A DNA stretch of 64,000 nucleotides from assembly GCA_045538755.1 (NCBI GenBank), contig JAZQEC010000002.1, positions 117,740-181,739 on the forward strand, given 5' to 3'. The translations under genes and the position numbers were made by a program. Numbering within the stretch: position 1 is the stretch's first letter; the number at the start of each line of letters is the position of its first letter. Source of the stretch: Clostridia bacterium (GTDB lineage Bacteria; Bacillota; Clostridia; UBA1381). The notes beneath the pieces were generated by a model, which did not search any database, was not told the DNA's origin, and saw only the letters and a program-made list of their open reading frames with translations. This document shows positions 1 to 10,128 of the stretch, one piece after another.

Positions 1-7
1 GGCGAAT

Positions 8-1957
8 GTGGCGGCGATGGCAGCAGCTCTTGCCCCTTATTTAGCTATTGTTGCAGCAGTTGCGGCGGTTATTGCAATCGGTGTTCTGCTGTATAAGAAT
101 TGGGACGAGATAAAGGCAAAATGCATAGAGTTAGGGAAGAACTTAAAAGAAAAATTTACGCAGATAAAGGATAATGTTGTCAATAAGGTGACAGAGCTGA
201 AAGACAAGGCTGTGCGGAAATTCAACGAAGTAAAAACAAAAATTGTGGATATATGCAGCGGCGTTGTAAATTGGGTAAAATCAAACTGGAAGTCAATCTT
301 GACATTCTTTATCAATCCTTTTGCTGGTCTTTTTACTTACTTCTATCAAAATAGCTCAAAATTCCGTGAATTTGTTGATAATGCCATAAATGCAATAAAA
401 CAGTTGCCGTCTAAGGCTTGGACATGGCTACAAAATACAATAGCAAAAGTAACAACCTTTGCTTCTAACCTTGCAAACAAAGGAAAACAAGCAGGGGTAA
501 AGCTACTTAACAATGTTGTAAACGGGGTTAAGAGTTTACCGTCAAAAATGTCGAGTGTCGGAAAAGATGTTGTTCAGGGTATTTGGAAAGGTATCACGAA
601 CGCAAAAGACTGGCTCTTGAACAAAATAAAAGGCTTCACAAAAACCATAACGCAAGGAATTAAGGACTTTTTCGGCATAAAATCACCGTCCCGTGTGATG
701 CGTGACGAAGTCGGAAAAATGCTTGCAGAAGGTGTTGCGGAAGGTATTGAAAAAAATTCGGATGCAGCCGAACTTTCGGCCGAAGAAATGGGTAAAAAGA
801 TTGTCGATGCTGCACAAAAGCGGCTTGATGATTATAAAGTCTATAACGATTTGACACTCGCTGACGAGATGGCATATTGGGATAAGGTAAGACAACTTTG
901 TGCAGAGGGTACGGATGCAAGAATTAACGCCGATAAAAACTACCTAACGGCAAAGAAAAATCTTGATGCGGAAGTTTTGGCGGCTGAGGAAGAATTGCAA
1001 AACTCATTAAACGCCGTTTACGAGAAGATTGCAGCACGCAAAAAGGAAATTTTGAATTCGCTCGAACTGTTCGAGGACGATGACGAAAATTTGTTTGACG
1101 TAGGGTTGGGCTGGTATAGCGACATCAAGAATTTAGAAGAATACCTTGCAAATATCGAAGTACTTGAAGGACGAATAGGCGGCACAGATTTATTCGATGC
1201 AGTACGTGAACAGGGTTTAGATGCTTTCGGCTGGGTTAAACAGCTAACTGAAGCTTCCGACTCACAGCTACAAGGATATATTAATCTGTATGACAAGCGT
1301 TCTGAACTTGCTGGAAAACTTGCAGAGGATGACTTGAAAGACGAAACCTTGAAAGGCGTTGCAAAAGCTTACGAAACCTTTTATAACAAGTGTTCTGGGC
1401 TGGGTGTTTCCATTGTTGAAGATACAGCAGCTATGGAAACAAGTATGACAACATCGTTTACCTCAATATCAGAAATGGCAGTCGCAAAATCGACTGAAAT
1501 TGTGGGTACTGTGCAGACATTCCTTGCAGACTTAAAAGCAGCGTTTGAGAGCTTTGCACCAAAACTCAAAATGCCACATTTTACAATATCCGGCTCGCTT
1601 GACATTGAAAATGGTACTGTTCCGACTGTTGCGGTTGAATGGTATAAAAAGGCTGTGAACAGCCCGATGTTGTTAGATAATGCAACAATATTCGGTTATA
1701 ACAGAGCTACGGGCAATTTTATGGGCGGCGGCGAAGCCGGAAGCGAGGTTGTTGCTGGTGCTAATACCTTAATGGGAATGATTAAAAAAGCCGTTGCGGA
1801 AGAAAATAGCGGTCTTGTGGATATTCTTGCAAAGATTTTAAGTGCTATTGTCAGAATGGACAGCAATATGGGTATTCATTTGCGTGAAGCTCTTGAAGAT
1901 ATGGGGCTTGAAATCAACAACAGAGAATTTGTAAGACTTGTAAAGGCGGTGAATTAA
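8..1957 (+). CDS. Phage tail tape measure protein (5' end outside window)
   Basis: ORF open at the window edge. Hydrophobic Ala/Val-rich N-terminal stretch, then a long K/E/A-rich helical body. Followed directly by tail genes. Confidence 0.75.
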   Translation: MAAMAAALAPYLAIVAAVAAVIAIGVLLYKNWDEIKAKCIELGKNLKEKFTQIKDNVVNKVTELKDKAVRKFNEVKTKIVDICSGVVNWVKSNWKSILTFFINPFAGLFTYFYQNSSKFREFVDNAINAIKQLPSKAWTWLQNTIAKVTTFASNLANKGKQAGVKLLNNVVNGVKSLPSKMSSVGKDVVQGIWKGITNAKDWLLNKIKGFTKTITQGIKDFFGIKSPSRVMRDEVGKMLAEGVAEGIEKNSDAAELSAEEMGKKIVDAAQKRLDDYKVYNDLTLADEMAYWDKVRQLCAEGTDARINADKNYLTAKKNLDAEVLAAEEELQNSLNAVYEKIAARKKEILNSLELFEDDDENLFDVGLGWYSDIKNLEEYLANIEVLEGRIGGTDLFDAVREQGLDAFGWVKQLTEASDSQLQGYINLYDKRSELAGKLAEDDLKDETLKGVAKAYETFYNKCSGLGVSIVEDTAAMETSMTTSFTSISEMAVAKSTEIVGTVQTFLADLKAAFESFAPKLKMPHFTISGSLDIENGTVPTVAVEWYKKAVNSPMLLDNATIFGYNRATGNFMGGGEAGSEVVAGANTLMGMIKKAVAEENSGLVDILAKILSAIVRMDSNMGIHLREALEDMGLEINNREFVRLVKAVN

Positions 1958-1959
1958 AA

Positions 1960-2784
1960 ATGCTTGAAAAGTTAAGGTACATAAACCATATAAACGAAAC
2001 GCTTGATTTCGGCACAGATAAGCTGTTTGTAAATGAGAATGATTTGCGTGATTTTGAGTGGTCTGTAACGAGCATTAACGATAAAATTTCGGGCTTTAAA
2101 AAGGGGATTGTCACAAAGGCAATCCCCATTATTATTAAATGCAATTCAGTGTCAGAGGGTACAGAGATAAGAAACAAGCTCTTTGAGGTCTTTGAAAAGG
2201 ATGTAAGAGCAAAGAAACACGGCAAATTCATAATTGGCGATTATTATTTGAAATGCTTTGTTACGGGCAGCAAAAAAGCTGAATACCTTATAAGCAAATC
2301 ATATATGGAGCTTACATTGACCGTGCAGGCAGATTATCCCGAATGGATAAAGGAAACAACAACGGCTTTTCGTGGCAATTCCTCCGGCGGTGATGCTTAT
2401 CTTGATTATTCTTTTGACTATCCTTTTGACTACAAAAACGGGCTGGAAATCAAAAACATTAATAATACTGATTTTGTCGCTTCAAATTTCCGCATTGTCA
2501 TTTATGGAAAGGCTGAAAATCCGGCAATCTTTATCGGCGGACACGAATATTCCGTTGAAGTCGACATCGGGCAAGGGGAATTCCTGACGATTGACAGCAT
2601 TGAAAAAACCGTTATTTTAACAAGAAACAACGGCGAAAAAGTCAACTGCTTTAATTTAAGGAATAAAAACTCTTACATTTTTGAAAAGATACCGCCGGGA
2701 AACTCTTTTGTAACAACATCAACGGAAGGGCTTCTTTTTGATATAACACTCCTTGAAGAAAGGAGCGAGCCAAAGTGGACTTGA
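1960..2784 (+). CDS. Phage distal tail protein (Dit-like) by position
   Basis: 274-aa ORF starting 3 nt after the tape measure stop; the position is conserved in siphoviruses. Confidence 0.55.
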   Translation: MLEKLRYINHINETLDFGTDKLFVNENDLRDFEWSVTSINDKISGFKKGIVTKAIPIIIKCNSVSEGTEIRNKLFEVFEKDVRAKKHGKFIIGDYYLKCFVTGSKKAEYLISKSYMELTLTVQADYPEWIKETTTAFRGNSSGGDAYLDYSFDYPFDYKNGLEIKNINNTDFVASNFRIVIYGKAENPAIFIGGHEYSVEVDIGQGEFLTIDSIEKTVILTRNNGEKVNCFNLRNKNSYIFEKIPPGNSFVTTSTEGLLFDITLLEERSEPKWT

Positions 2785-3740
2785 TTTATACAAACGCAGC
2801 CCGTGAGGATTTAGGGGTTTTGCACGATTACACATTCGACCTTGCTTTCGGATCTGATGAGAACAATTTTGAATTGACTGTTGACAGCTATAATAATTGT
2901 TGTGTGACGGACGCTTTTGTCTACATAGAGGGTACAGAGTACGGCGGCATTGTGGACGGCTTGAAAGTTGTTACAAAGGATAATAAGCTGATATATTCCG
3001 GTAGAACTTGGCACGGAATACTTGAAAAGAAGGTGTTGAAACCGGACGAAGGCAGCGACTATTTGACTGTATCAGGGGAAGCAAACGAAGTGATTGCAGC
3101 CTTGCTTGAAAGAGTGGGGCTGTCTGAACTCTTTTCCGCTTCCTCTGATGATTCAGGGCTGACAATAAGCAATTATAATATGCATAGGTATGTAGATGCT
3201 TATACAGGCATTACACAAATGCTTGAAACTGTGTCGGGAAAACTGCACTTTGAATATCAAAGCGGAACAGTCACGCTGTCAGCATTGCCAGTTGTGGACT
3301 ACTCACAATGCGAGCAATTTAACAGCGACCAAGTGAAAATGGAAATCACAAAGCAATACAGAAATGTAAATCATCTTGTATGTTTAGGTGCAGGCGAATT
3401 GTCAGAACGGCAAATAGTACATCTTTATGCAGACGAAAAAGGGGACATAAGCGAAAACCAAACCTTTTTCGGGCTTGATGAAGTTGAGGAAACCTACGAT
3501 AACTCTAACACAGATTCTTTGGAAGAGTTGAAGGAAAAGGGAACTGAAAAACTTAAAGGTTATGCGAAAAGCGGGAAAATAAAACTGGACTTCGCCGCAG
3601 AACAGACGGTCTATGATGTCGGTGACATTGTCGGTGCAAAAGAAATAATCACAGGGGAATTTGTGAAAGAGAAAATCACAAAAAAGATTGTAACAATCAA
3701 TAAAGGACAAACAAACATTGAATATAAGGTAGGTGAATAG
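2775..3740 (+). CDS. Phage tail protein (Tal/Gp37-like position)
   Basis: 321-aa ORF overlapping the previous stop by 10 nt; follows Dit in the tail module. Confidence 0.5.
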   Translation: MDLIYTNAAREDLGVLHDYTFDLAFGSDENNFELTVDSYNNCCVTDAFVYIEGTEYGGIVDGLKVVTKDNKLIYSGRTWHGILEKKVLKPDEGSDYLTVSGEANEVIAALLERVGLSELFSASSDDSGLTISNYNMHRYVDAYTGITQMLETVSGKLHFEYQSGTVTLSALPVVDYSQCEQFNSDQVKMEITKQYRNVNHLVCLGAGELSERQIVHLYADEKGDISENQTFFGLDEVEETYDNSNTDSLEELKEKGTEKLKGYAKSGKIKLDFAAEQTVYDVGDIVGAKEIITGEFVKEKITKKIVTINKGQTNIEYKVGE

Positions 3741-4854
3741 TATGTCTTTACATTTAGTCACAGGCTACAAAGGGGAAGCACATATCAAGCCCGAAGACCA
3801 CGGGGCATATAATGCCGGGCTTTTTGGTACTGGCGAATATGTGTTAAGCTCCGGCAACAAGTTTGCTGCGTCAGTATTATCAAGCAATACCGTCCGAATC
3901 CTTGACGGTGATTTGATGATACAGGGCAGACACATTAATCTGAAAAAAGACACTTATGAGGACATAACAATCAATAACGGCACAATCGGAAAGAACAGAA
4001 ACGATTTGATTGTTATTAGGTACACGCTTGATGCAGCTTCAGGGGTAGAAAATGCAGAATTTGCGGTCATTCAGGGGGAAGCAACGAGCGGCACGGCTTC
4101 TGATCCTGAATACACAACGGGTGATATTCTTTCAGGCGGTTGCACGCTGCACGAAATGCCGTTGTATAGAATACCTTTGACAGAGCTGACCGTGGGAACG
4201 CCTGAGCCACTTTTTAAATTAGCTGGCACAATGGATAACGGTTTGCTGTTTAGAGGTTGGAATCCGATTACATCAAAGGCAGAAGATACGCCGCAAAAAT
4301 GGCGTGAATTAGGCACGGGCTTTTGGATGATTGATATTGCCGACATTATAACAGGGCAACCGTCACAATGGGGATTTTTATACAATACTGTTTGCCTTGA
4401 AGAAGTATCGCAAATATTTGTTGTTCAAGCGAGCGGCGGAACTTACCGCAGAAACGCAAACGGGCGTGGGTGGTATGGTGAAGATTGGAAAGAGGGAACA
4501 TGGCGGCTAATTTCTGATGAAGAAACTCGCCCCGTGGCATTCGGAGAATATTTGGGTACCGGGGACTACGGTCCAGAGCATCCCAATTCGCTCACGTTCA
4601 ATTTTGTGCCAAAATTTGTTTCTATTAAACCAACTTACGGCTATGAATATTGCCACGCCAACTTAGTAAATGGTCAATCGGCTTGCATTGTTGAAGGCGA
4701 TGGGTATTTTAATCATTTGTGTAAGATAAATATTGAATGGACAGGCAAAACTGTAAAATGGTGGTATCCATTTTCGGCAGACAACACAGGTGGATGTGCT
4801 TCTAGTATACAGTTGAATGCGGCGCATAGATATGTATATTTTGCAATCGGGTAA
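3733..4854 (+). CDS. Phage tail fibre / receptor-binding candidate
   Basis: 373-aa ORF overlapping the upstream stop. Gly/Thr/Trp-rich and last large structural gene before the lysis region. No motif recognised. Confidence 0.4.
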   Translation: MNSMSLHLVTGYKGEAHIKPEDHGAYNAGLFGTGEYVLSSGNKFAASVLSSNTVRILDGDLMIQGRHINLKKDTYEDITINNGTIGKNRNDLIVIRYTLDAASGVENAEFAVIQGEATSGTASDPEYTTGDILSGGCTLHEMPLYRIPLTELTVGTPEPLFKLAGTMDNGLLFRGWNPITSKAEDTPQKWRELGTGFWMIDIADIITGQPSQWGFLYNTVCLEEVSQIFVVQASGGTYRRNANGRGWYGEDWKEGTWRLISDEETRPVAFGEYLGTGDYGPEHPNSLTFNFVPKFVSIKPTYGYEYCHANLVNGQSACIVEGDGYFNHLCKINIEWTGKTVKWWYPFSADNTGGCASSIQLNAAHRYVYFAIG

Positions 4855-4866
4855 GGGGGTTAAAAT

Positions 4867-5157
4867 ATGAGAATTGTTGAAATTACAGCATTACCAAACG
4901 GCGGACACAGAAATCAAACAGGAACATTTAACAAAATCCCCGAAGGCTTTGCGGTTATTCCTGATGATATGGAAACACCTAATTTCCCCTTTGGCGAGAT
5001 AGCTGTTAAGAAAATCAACGGCGTTATGACTGTTACAGGGTGGACGGCAGGGAAAATTCCCGAAACGCCGGAAACGGCAAAACCGATTACAACAATCGAG
5101 CGGCTTGAAGCTCTTGAAGCAGCAATGCTTGAAATGGCGTTAGGGGGTGCGGAATAA
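4867..5157 (+). CDS. Hypothetical small phage protein
   Basis: 96-aa ORF with GGGGG RBS-like sequence upstream (4855-4859); co-directional in the phage module. Confidence 0.4.
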   Translation: MRIVEITALPNGGHRNQTGTFNKIPEGFAVIPDDMETPNFPFGEIAVKKINGVMTVTGWTAGKIPETPETAKPITTIERLEALEAAMLEMALGGAE

Positions 5158-5270
5158 TGGTAAAATTTTTAGCATTACAAATCAGACAGGGGAAAATCAC
5201 TCTTGAAGATGTCCCCACAAAATGGCGTGAAGCAGTTGAAAAAGAGCTGAACGGCAGCACCGAAGCATAG
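5157..5270 (+). CDS. Small phage protein (XkdX-like size and position)
   Basis: Hand-translated 37-aa ORF MVKFLALQIRQGKITLEDVPTKWREAVEKELNGSTEA. Its ATG overlaps the upstream TAA. Too short for the ORF track. Confidence 0.35.
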   Translation: MVKFLALQIRQGKITLEDVPTKWREAVEKELNGSTEA

Positions 5271-5287
5271 AAAGTCGGTGCGTAGCT

Positions 5288-5692
5288 ATGGTATTTGAAA
5301 AAATAATTGAATTTGTCACAAATCCGGGTGTTATTGTGGGTGCTATTACTCTTATAGAGGTCGCACCTATTAAAATTAACCCGTGGAAATGGCTTTTCAA
5401 GTGGATAGGTGATGCAATTAACGGGGATATGCGAAAAGACCTTTCAGAACTGAAGCGTGATTTTGAGGAAACAAAGGCACAGGATAAACGCTGGCGAATC
5501 CTTGAATTTGCGAGAAGCTGCCGAAACGGTGCAAAGCATACCCGTGAGGAATGGAAACACGCCATTTCAGAGCTTGCGGAATATGAACAGTACACAGAGG
5601 ACAAGCACATAACAAATGGCGTTATGGAAGAAGATGCGAAGTTTTTGCGTGCATTATACCAAGAAAGGCTTACAAAGAATGATTTTTTATAA
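5288..5692 (+). CDS. Hypothetical phage protein with N-terminal hydrophobic segment
   Basis: 134-aa ORF just upstream of the holin. Hydrophobic N-terminus (GVIVGAITLIEVAPI), then a charged helical region. Confidence 0.4.
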   Translation: MVFEKIIEFVTNPGVIVGAITLIEVAPIKINPWKWLFKWIGDAINGDMRKDLSELKRDFEETKAQDKRWRILEFARSCRNGAKHTREEWKHAISELAEYEQYTEDKHITNGVMEEDAKFLRALYQERLTKNDFL

Positions 5693-5705
5693 GGGGGACT
5701 GAAGT

Positions 5706-5909
5706 ATGAAAGACACACACAAGAAATGGATAAAAGCGGCAGGGGTGCGAGCTGTAAAGACAGTAGCACAGACCTTTGTTGCAACAATCGGAACGGCAAC
5801 CGTTTTAGGGGTTGTTGATTGGAAAACGGTTGTTTCTGCTTCTGTATTAGCAGGGGTTTTGTCAGTCGCTACAAGTGTTGCCGGGCTTCCTGAAGTAAAA
5901 GAAAACTAA
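5706..5909 (+). CDS. Phage holin
   Basis: 67 aa with two hydrophobic helices (VAQTFVATIGTATVLGVV and SASVLAGVLSVATSVAGL); immediately upstream of the endolysin; GGGGGA RBS-like sequence (5694-5699). Confidence 0.65.
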   Translation: MKDTHKKWIKAAGVRAVKTVAQTFVATIGTATVLGVVDWKTVVSASVLAGVLSVATSVAGLPEVKEN

Positions 5910-5967
5910 AAGGAAAGGGGCAAGAAATCGCCCTTTTTCTATTTCCTAAAAAAGAGAGGGGAAAATT

Positions 5968-6849
5968 ATGAGTAAATATGCAAGTGAGGTTATCAAAAGA
6001 GCTTCAGAGTGGTTAGGCAGAAAAGAAAGCAACGGAACACACCAGCCCATTATTGACACATACAACAGCTTTGAGCCGTTGGCGAGGGGCTACAAGGTGA
6101 AATATACCGACAGTTGGTGTGCGACCTTTGTTTCCGCTGTTGCAATATCGCTGGGCTATACCGACATTATACCGACAGAATGCAGCTGTCAGAATATGAT
6201 TGAGCTATTTAAAAAGGCTGGTATATGGGTAGAAAACGAAAACAGAACACCAACACCGGGCGAAATTATCTTCTATGATTGGGAGGATGACGGCAACGGC
6301 GATAATAAGGGCTGGTCTGACCATGTCGGAATTGTGGAAAAGGTATCAGGCGGAAAAATAACCGTTATTGAGGGGAATTATAGCAATGCTGTAAAACGCA
6401 GAACGCTTGCCGTGAATGGTTTATGCATTCGTGGCTATGGTGTGCCGAAATATAATGCAGAGAATACCACAGAAACGGCAAGACCGAACGCAGAAGCAAC
6501 GGAAACAGAAAAGACAACAAATTACACTACTGCGGACAAATACACGCTAAAAGCCTTTATAAAGGACATACAGGCAGCAACGGGGGCAAAGGTTGACGGC
6601 ATCGCCGGAGCTGAAACGCTGTCAAAAACAGTTACAGTATCGGCAAAGGTCAACCGCAAGCACGCAGTTGTGAAACCTATTCAAAAACGCCTTAACGCTT
6701 TGGGCTTTAATTGTGGCACGGCTGACGGCATCGCAGGGGCAAAATTCACGGCAGCGGTAAAGAAGTACCAAAGAGCGAATATTTGCGTTTCTGACGGTGA
6801 AATTACGGCACGAAATAGAACTTGGCGTAAGCTTTTAGGTATGGCGTAG
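5968..6849 (+). CDS. Endolysin: CHAP-type amidase/peptidase plus two peptidoglycan-binding repeats
   Basis: N-terminal DSWCATFVS (Cys) and SDHVGIV (His) CHAP-like motifs. C-terminal duplicated VDGIAG...T / ADGIAG...T repeats typical of PG_binding_1. Confidence 0.8.
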   Translation: MSKYASEVIKRASEWLGRKESNGTHQPIIDTYNSFEPLARGYKVKYTDSWCATFVSAVAISLGYTDIIPTECSCQNMIELFKKAGIWVENENRTPTPGEIIFYDWEDDGNGDNKGWSDHVGIVEKVSGGKITVIEGNYSNAVKRRTLAVNGLCIRGYGVPKYNAENTTETARPNAEATETEKTTNYTTADKYTLKAFIKDIQAATGAKVDGIAGAETLSKTVTVSAKVNRKHAVVKPIQKRLNALGFNCGTADGIAGAKFTAAVKKYQRANICVSDGEITARNRTWRKLLGMA

Positions 6850-7000
6850 GACAGGACGGAAAACGACTCACAACTCAATCCTGGGCATTTTAAAGGGTAT
6901 CAGTACAAAATTTTACTTGCTTGCAACTTGACTTGTAGTGTGTACTTAAATGGCTTATGATAACCCTTGTAATTAATGACATAGCCGGGATTTATGATTA

Positions 7001-7046
7001 AAAAAATAACTGATGCATTATGAATTTTGCATCAGTTATTTTTTTT
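7001..7046 (+). terminator. Rho-independent terminator after the lysis cassette
   Basis: aaaaaataactgatgca / tgcatcagttat stem followed by T8. Confidence 0.6.
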
Positions 7047-7182
7047 GCTCATTTTTCGTGGTAAGCAACAATAAGCCTGCAGTTATAATTATACAGCATT
7101 TTGCCATCATGGATAAACTGACTAACTTTCTGACAAACTTTTTTATTTAAAATTTGCTAAAAAAGGCTAAAAGTAGAACATA

Positions 7183-7235
7183 TTAAAATAAATAAGATGG
7201 CATAAATACTATGTATTTAAGTATTTATGCCATCT
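7183..7235 (-). terminator. Hairpin terminator downstream of the orphan tRNA-Leu 3' half
   Basis: 16-bp stem agatggcataaatact / agtatttatgccatct, followed by a T-rich tract on the minus strand. Confidence 0.45.
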
Positions 7236-7242
7236 TTAAATA

Positions 7243-7293
7243 TGGTGCGGATGACAGGACTTGAACCTGCACATCGTAGACACTAGATCCTAA
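7243..7293 (-). pseudogene. Orphan 3' half of a tRNA-Leu gene (CCA end to anticodon loop), left junction of the island
   Basis: 51 nt aligned to the first 51 nt of the intact tRNA at 29401-29451 with 8 differences. The match stops after gatcctAA. Acceptor 3' strand is CATCCGC. Confidence 0.8.
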
Positions 7294-7347
7294 TGCTTGA
7301 TACACCTCGGTGAAGAAATAAAATTCTTCATCGGAGGTGTATTTTTT

Positions 7348-8133
7348 ATGAAAATATATACTGAAAACTTTACTATTTTACTGAACAAACACATCACTAA
7401 TAAAGAAATTGATACATACGAGTTTCGAGTGATGTGCTACCTCTTAATGCTGTCAGATGATGAGGGTACTTGTTATCCGTCATATAAAACGATTGCAGAT
7501 AGAATTGGCATAAGCGAAACGAAAGCTAAGGATTCAATAAAGAAACTTATTGACCTTGGACTCATCAAGAAAGAGAAAAGAAAGAAGGCTGATGGCAGCG
7601 CAAGTTCTAATCTCTATGTGGTGTGTGAGAAAACTACCGTTAAGGTTGATGAGGTCGCAGAAGATACTACATCTTGTGTGCAAGACGACCTACCCGCTAG
7701 TGTACAAGAAGAACAAGGTTGTGTGTCAGACGGTTGCAATAAATACTCAAATATAAATAATAATTATTTTATTAATAACCATCTATCATCAATAGAGGAT
7801 GTGATGGACCAAGCGGAAACATATGAACTCGAAGGGTTATCAAAAAAGAATTATGAATCAGCACTTGAAATTATGTTTAATTCAGAGTCAATTTCAGTTG
7901 GCGGTGAAATCATTCCTCGTGAAATTGTTCGTAAGCGATTAGAAAATATCAGTTACGAGCATATCGTCTATGTCGATAATAACATGCCGAGAAAATTGAT
8001 TGACGGCAGAGTTGAAATTCAAGTCAGAAGTCCTATTCCCTATATCATAACTGCTCTATATAATTCATTGCGTTATACGAAAGATGAAATTGCAAGAATG
8101 GAATACGGAGATATGTATTTGAATTCGGAGTGA
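7348..8133 (+). CDS. Winged-helix DNA-binding protein (replication/initiator-like)
   Basis: YPSYKTIADRIGISETKAKDSIKKLIDLGLIKKEKR wHTH-like segment. GGAGG RBS 10 nt before the ATG at 7348, so the upstream part of the ORF is probably not translated. Confidence 0.45.
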   Translation: MKIYTENFTILLNKHITNKEIDTYEFRVMCYLLMLSDDEGTCYPSYKTIADRIGISETKAKDSIKKLIDLGLIKKEKRKKADGSASSNLYVVCEKTTVKVDEVAEDTTSCVQDDLPASVQEEQGCVSDGCNKYSNINNNYFINNHLSSIEDVMDQAETYELEGLSKKNYESALEIMFNSESISVGGEIIPREIVRKRLENISYEHIVYVDNNMPRKLIDGRVEIQVRSPIPYIITALYNSLRYTKDEIARMEYGDMYLNSE

Positions 8134-8534
8134 TACATCCGCAATCATAATCGCATAGATTGAGTTTGATTTTTGTGGTAAGGTAGTTACACCACCCTGA
8201 AAAGTTAATCTCTCGAACCGAAAAGATAAGCCCTATGTTAAGCCCTTAAAATCGATTTGAAAGAACAAACGAAGGTGCGAGAAATCACCTGACGGGGCGC
8301 CCCGAAACGGCGAGGTGTGGTGTTTTAAAAGAAGCAGGATAAAGCTTGGTGCGCTATTCGCCCCAAGCAGGCTTACATCGCCGTGCAAAGCCCGGCGGAG
8401 AGGTTCCCAAAGTGCATCTGCTGGTGATGGTTTGGTGCTGTAATGCGGATTTTCCGCACGGTTGAGCCTTGAAATTGGTGCATATACAGGTATTAATGGT
8501 ATTTAACGATATTTTGAGAAAGGTGAGTGTTATA

Positions 8535-9656
8535 ATGAGTAAAGTTGTATTTAAATCGCCGTATGTTTCCAGCGGCAAAGCTGTCGGCGGAGGTTATATA
8601 AACTATATGGCAAAGCGCGAGAGAGTTGACAAGAGCGTCAACACGAAAAAGGTTGAAATTAATCTGAATTATATTGCAACCAGACCTCGTGTTGAAAAGG
8701 TCGGAGAGCATGGCCTCTTCGGTAGTAAGGACGATATTAATCTGAACAAAGCAAGGAGTGAAATACTAAATCATCACGGAACTGTGTGGCTGTCTATCGT
8801 ATCTTTGAGACGAGAAGATGCAGACAGACTCAGGTTTAACAACGCAGATGCATGGAGAAATTTGATTCGGTCAAAGCAGTTTGAAATCGCAGAAGCGTAT
8901 AATATTCCGGTAAAGGATTTGGTTTGGTACGGAGCATATCACGATGAAGGTCACCACCCTCATATACATATGATTGTGTATAACAAGAACCCTGGAAGCG
9001 AATATCTCTCACGAAAAAGTTGTAATGACCTACGAGTAATGTTTACAAAAACTATTTTCAAAGACGAACTCAAACAACTCTACGATGAAAAACAAACGCT
9101 CCGAGATAAAATTATTGATGAAGTCAAGGAGAAAGTCAGTGGGTTTAAAGTTGACATTGGCGGAGCAAATGATGAATTTGCCCACGCCTTCAATGAGCTA
9201 AAATTTGTTCTCGATGGATACTCCGGCAAGAGGAATTATAAGTTCATTTCACATGAGCAAAAGGAAAAGGTCGATGCAGTTGTAAAAGTTGTCTGCAAGG
9301 ATGATAACCTGCAAGAGTTATATCGTCAGTGGTGTCTGCTGCAGCTTGCAAATCAAAGATACTATCGCAAGCATCCTGAAAAAAGTTTTGATGTCCTTGA
9401 GAAGAACAAAAACTTCGAAAAACGGTTGCAAAATGCTGTGCTTAAATCTGCATTAAAAGATAACCGACAAGGAAATATTTATACAAATAAAATTGATGCA
9501 TCCCCTATCTTCGGTGACATCATTTTCAGTCTCTGTAAAATGTTTGAGCAGTCAATACAGAAAGACATTGAGGAAGGCTTCACGAAATCAATTGTCGACT
9601 CCAAGGAAAGAGCAAAAGAATACAGACGTGATCATGGCATGGGAATGCATATGTAA
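8535..9656 (+). CDS. Mobilization relaxase (MobL/MOBP-like)
   Basis: Histidine-triad-like motif YHDEGHHPHIHMIVY. N-terminal YINYMAKRERV and YIATRPRVEK segments. AAAGGTGAG RBS before the ATG at 8535. Confidence 0.6.
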   Translation: MSKVVFKSPYVSSGKAVGGGYINYMAKRERVDKSVNTKKVEINLNYIATRPRVEKVGEHGLFGSKDDINLNKARSEILNHHGTVWLSIVSLRREDADRLRFNNADAWRNLIRSKQFEIAEAYNIPVKDLVWYGAYHDEGHHPHIHMIVYNKNPGSEYLSRKSCNDLRVMFTKTIFKDELKQLYDEKQTLRDKIIDEVKEKVSGFKVDIGGANDEFAHAFNELKFVLDGYSGKRNYKFISHEQKEKVDAVVKVVCKDDNLQELYRQWCLLQLANQRYYRKHPEKSFDVLEKNKNFEKRLQNAVLKSALKDNRQGNIYTNKIDASPIFGDIIFSLCKMFEQSIQKDIEEGFTKSIVDSKERAKEYRRDHGMGMHM

Positions 9657-9683
9657 ATCTATAAAAGGAAGGTGAATTTTATT

Positions 9684-10040
9684 ATGAAAAGAGAAAAGAT
9701 GACATTCAATGTGCCGCCTGCGGTACGAACTGAAATCAAAAATTATGTTAAACTACTGGGCTTCAAAAGCGAGAGTGATCTCTGCAACAAGGCTATCAAT
9801 GAGTACCTTACCAAGCTGCATTATGAAGCAAACAGTGACAACATAAATAAGATTTTGGTTCAGGCGGTGGACTGTACTATAGAGCATCATGTGGACAGAG
9901 TGTCGGACATGTTCTTCAAACTTGCTGTCAGCATCGAGAAACAAAATCTCATTGCCAGCGGTGAGTATGATGATTACTATGAAAGTTATATTGAAGAGGT
10001 CGCAATCGAAAATGTGCAGAAAAGACATGGAAGGTTGTAA
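9684..10040 (+). CDS. Small accessory protein, possible ribbon-helix-helix
   Basis: MTFNVPPAVRTEIKNYVKLLGFKSESDLCNKAINEYL resembles a beta-strand plus two helices of CopG/RHH proteins; lies directly after the relaxase. Confidence 0.35.
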   Translation: MKREKMTFNVPPAVRTEIKNYVKLLGFKSESDLCNKAINEYLTKLHYEANSDNINKILVQAVDCTIEHHVDRVSDMFFKLAVSIEKQNLIASGEYDDYYESYIEEVAIENVQKRHGRL

Positions 10041-10128
10041 AATCAGGTTGCACATATTTTATGTAAATAATTGAATTTTGTCGCAATATGTGTTAAAATG
10101 TAATCAAGAAGTTATCGGAGGTTTTATT

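Larger units (their letters stand above)
1..6900 (+). mobile_element. Prophage right arm (tail morphogenesis plus lysis cassette); left part outside window, right boundary unresolved between 6850 and 7183
   Basis: Co-directional, overlapping ORFs in the order tape measure, tail genes, small proteins, holin, endolysin, then a strong terminator. Confidence 0.7.

Noticed and set aside
5197-5799. 200-aa minus-strand ORF in the phage lysis region
   Set aside because: It is antisense to the co-directional phage genes, including the holin. It is Ser/Leu/Cys-rich and has no RBS.
6850-7293. The tRNA-Leu 3' half at 7243-7293 as the attR of the prophage on the left
   Set aside because: A hairpin terminator that fits the tRNA itself (7183-7235) lies between the tRNA half and the phage genes. 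The half is fully explained as the left junction of the island insertion. The phage right boundary cannot be fixed from this window.
7290-7345. Hairpin cacctcggtgaagaa...ttcttcatcggaggtg as a terminator for the tRNA half or phage
   Set aside because: Its left arm is one arm of the reconstructed attP and its right arm contains the GGAGG RBS of the first island gene. No T-run follows it on the plus strand, so it is not called as a terminator.
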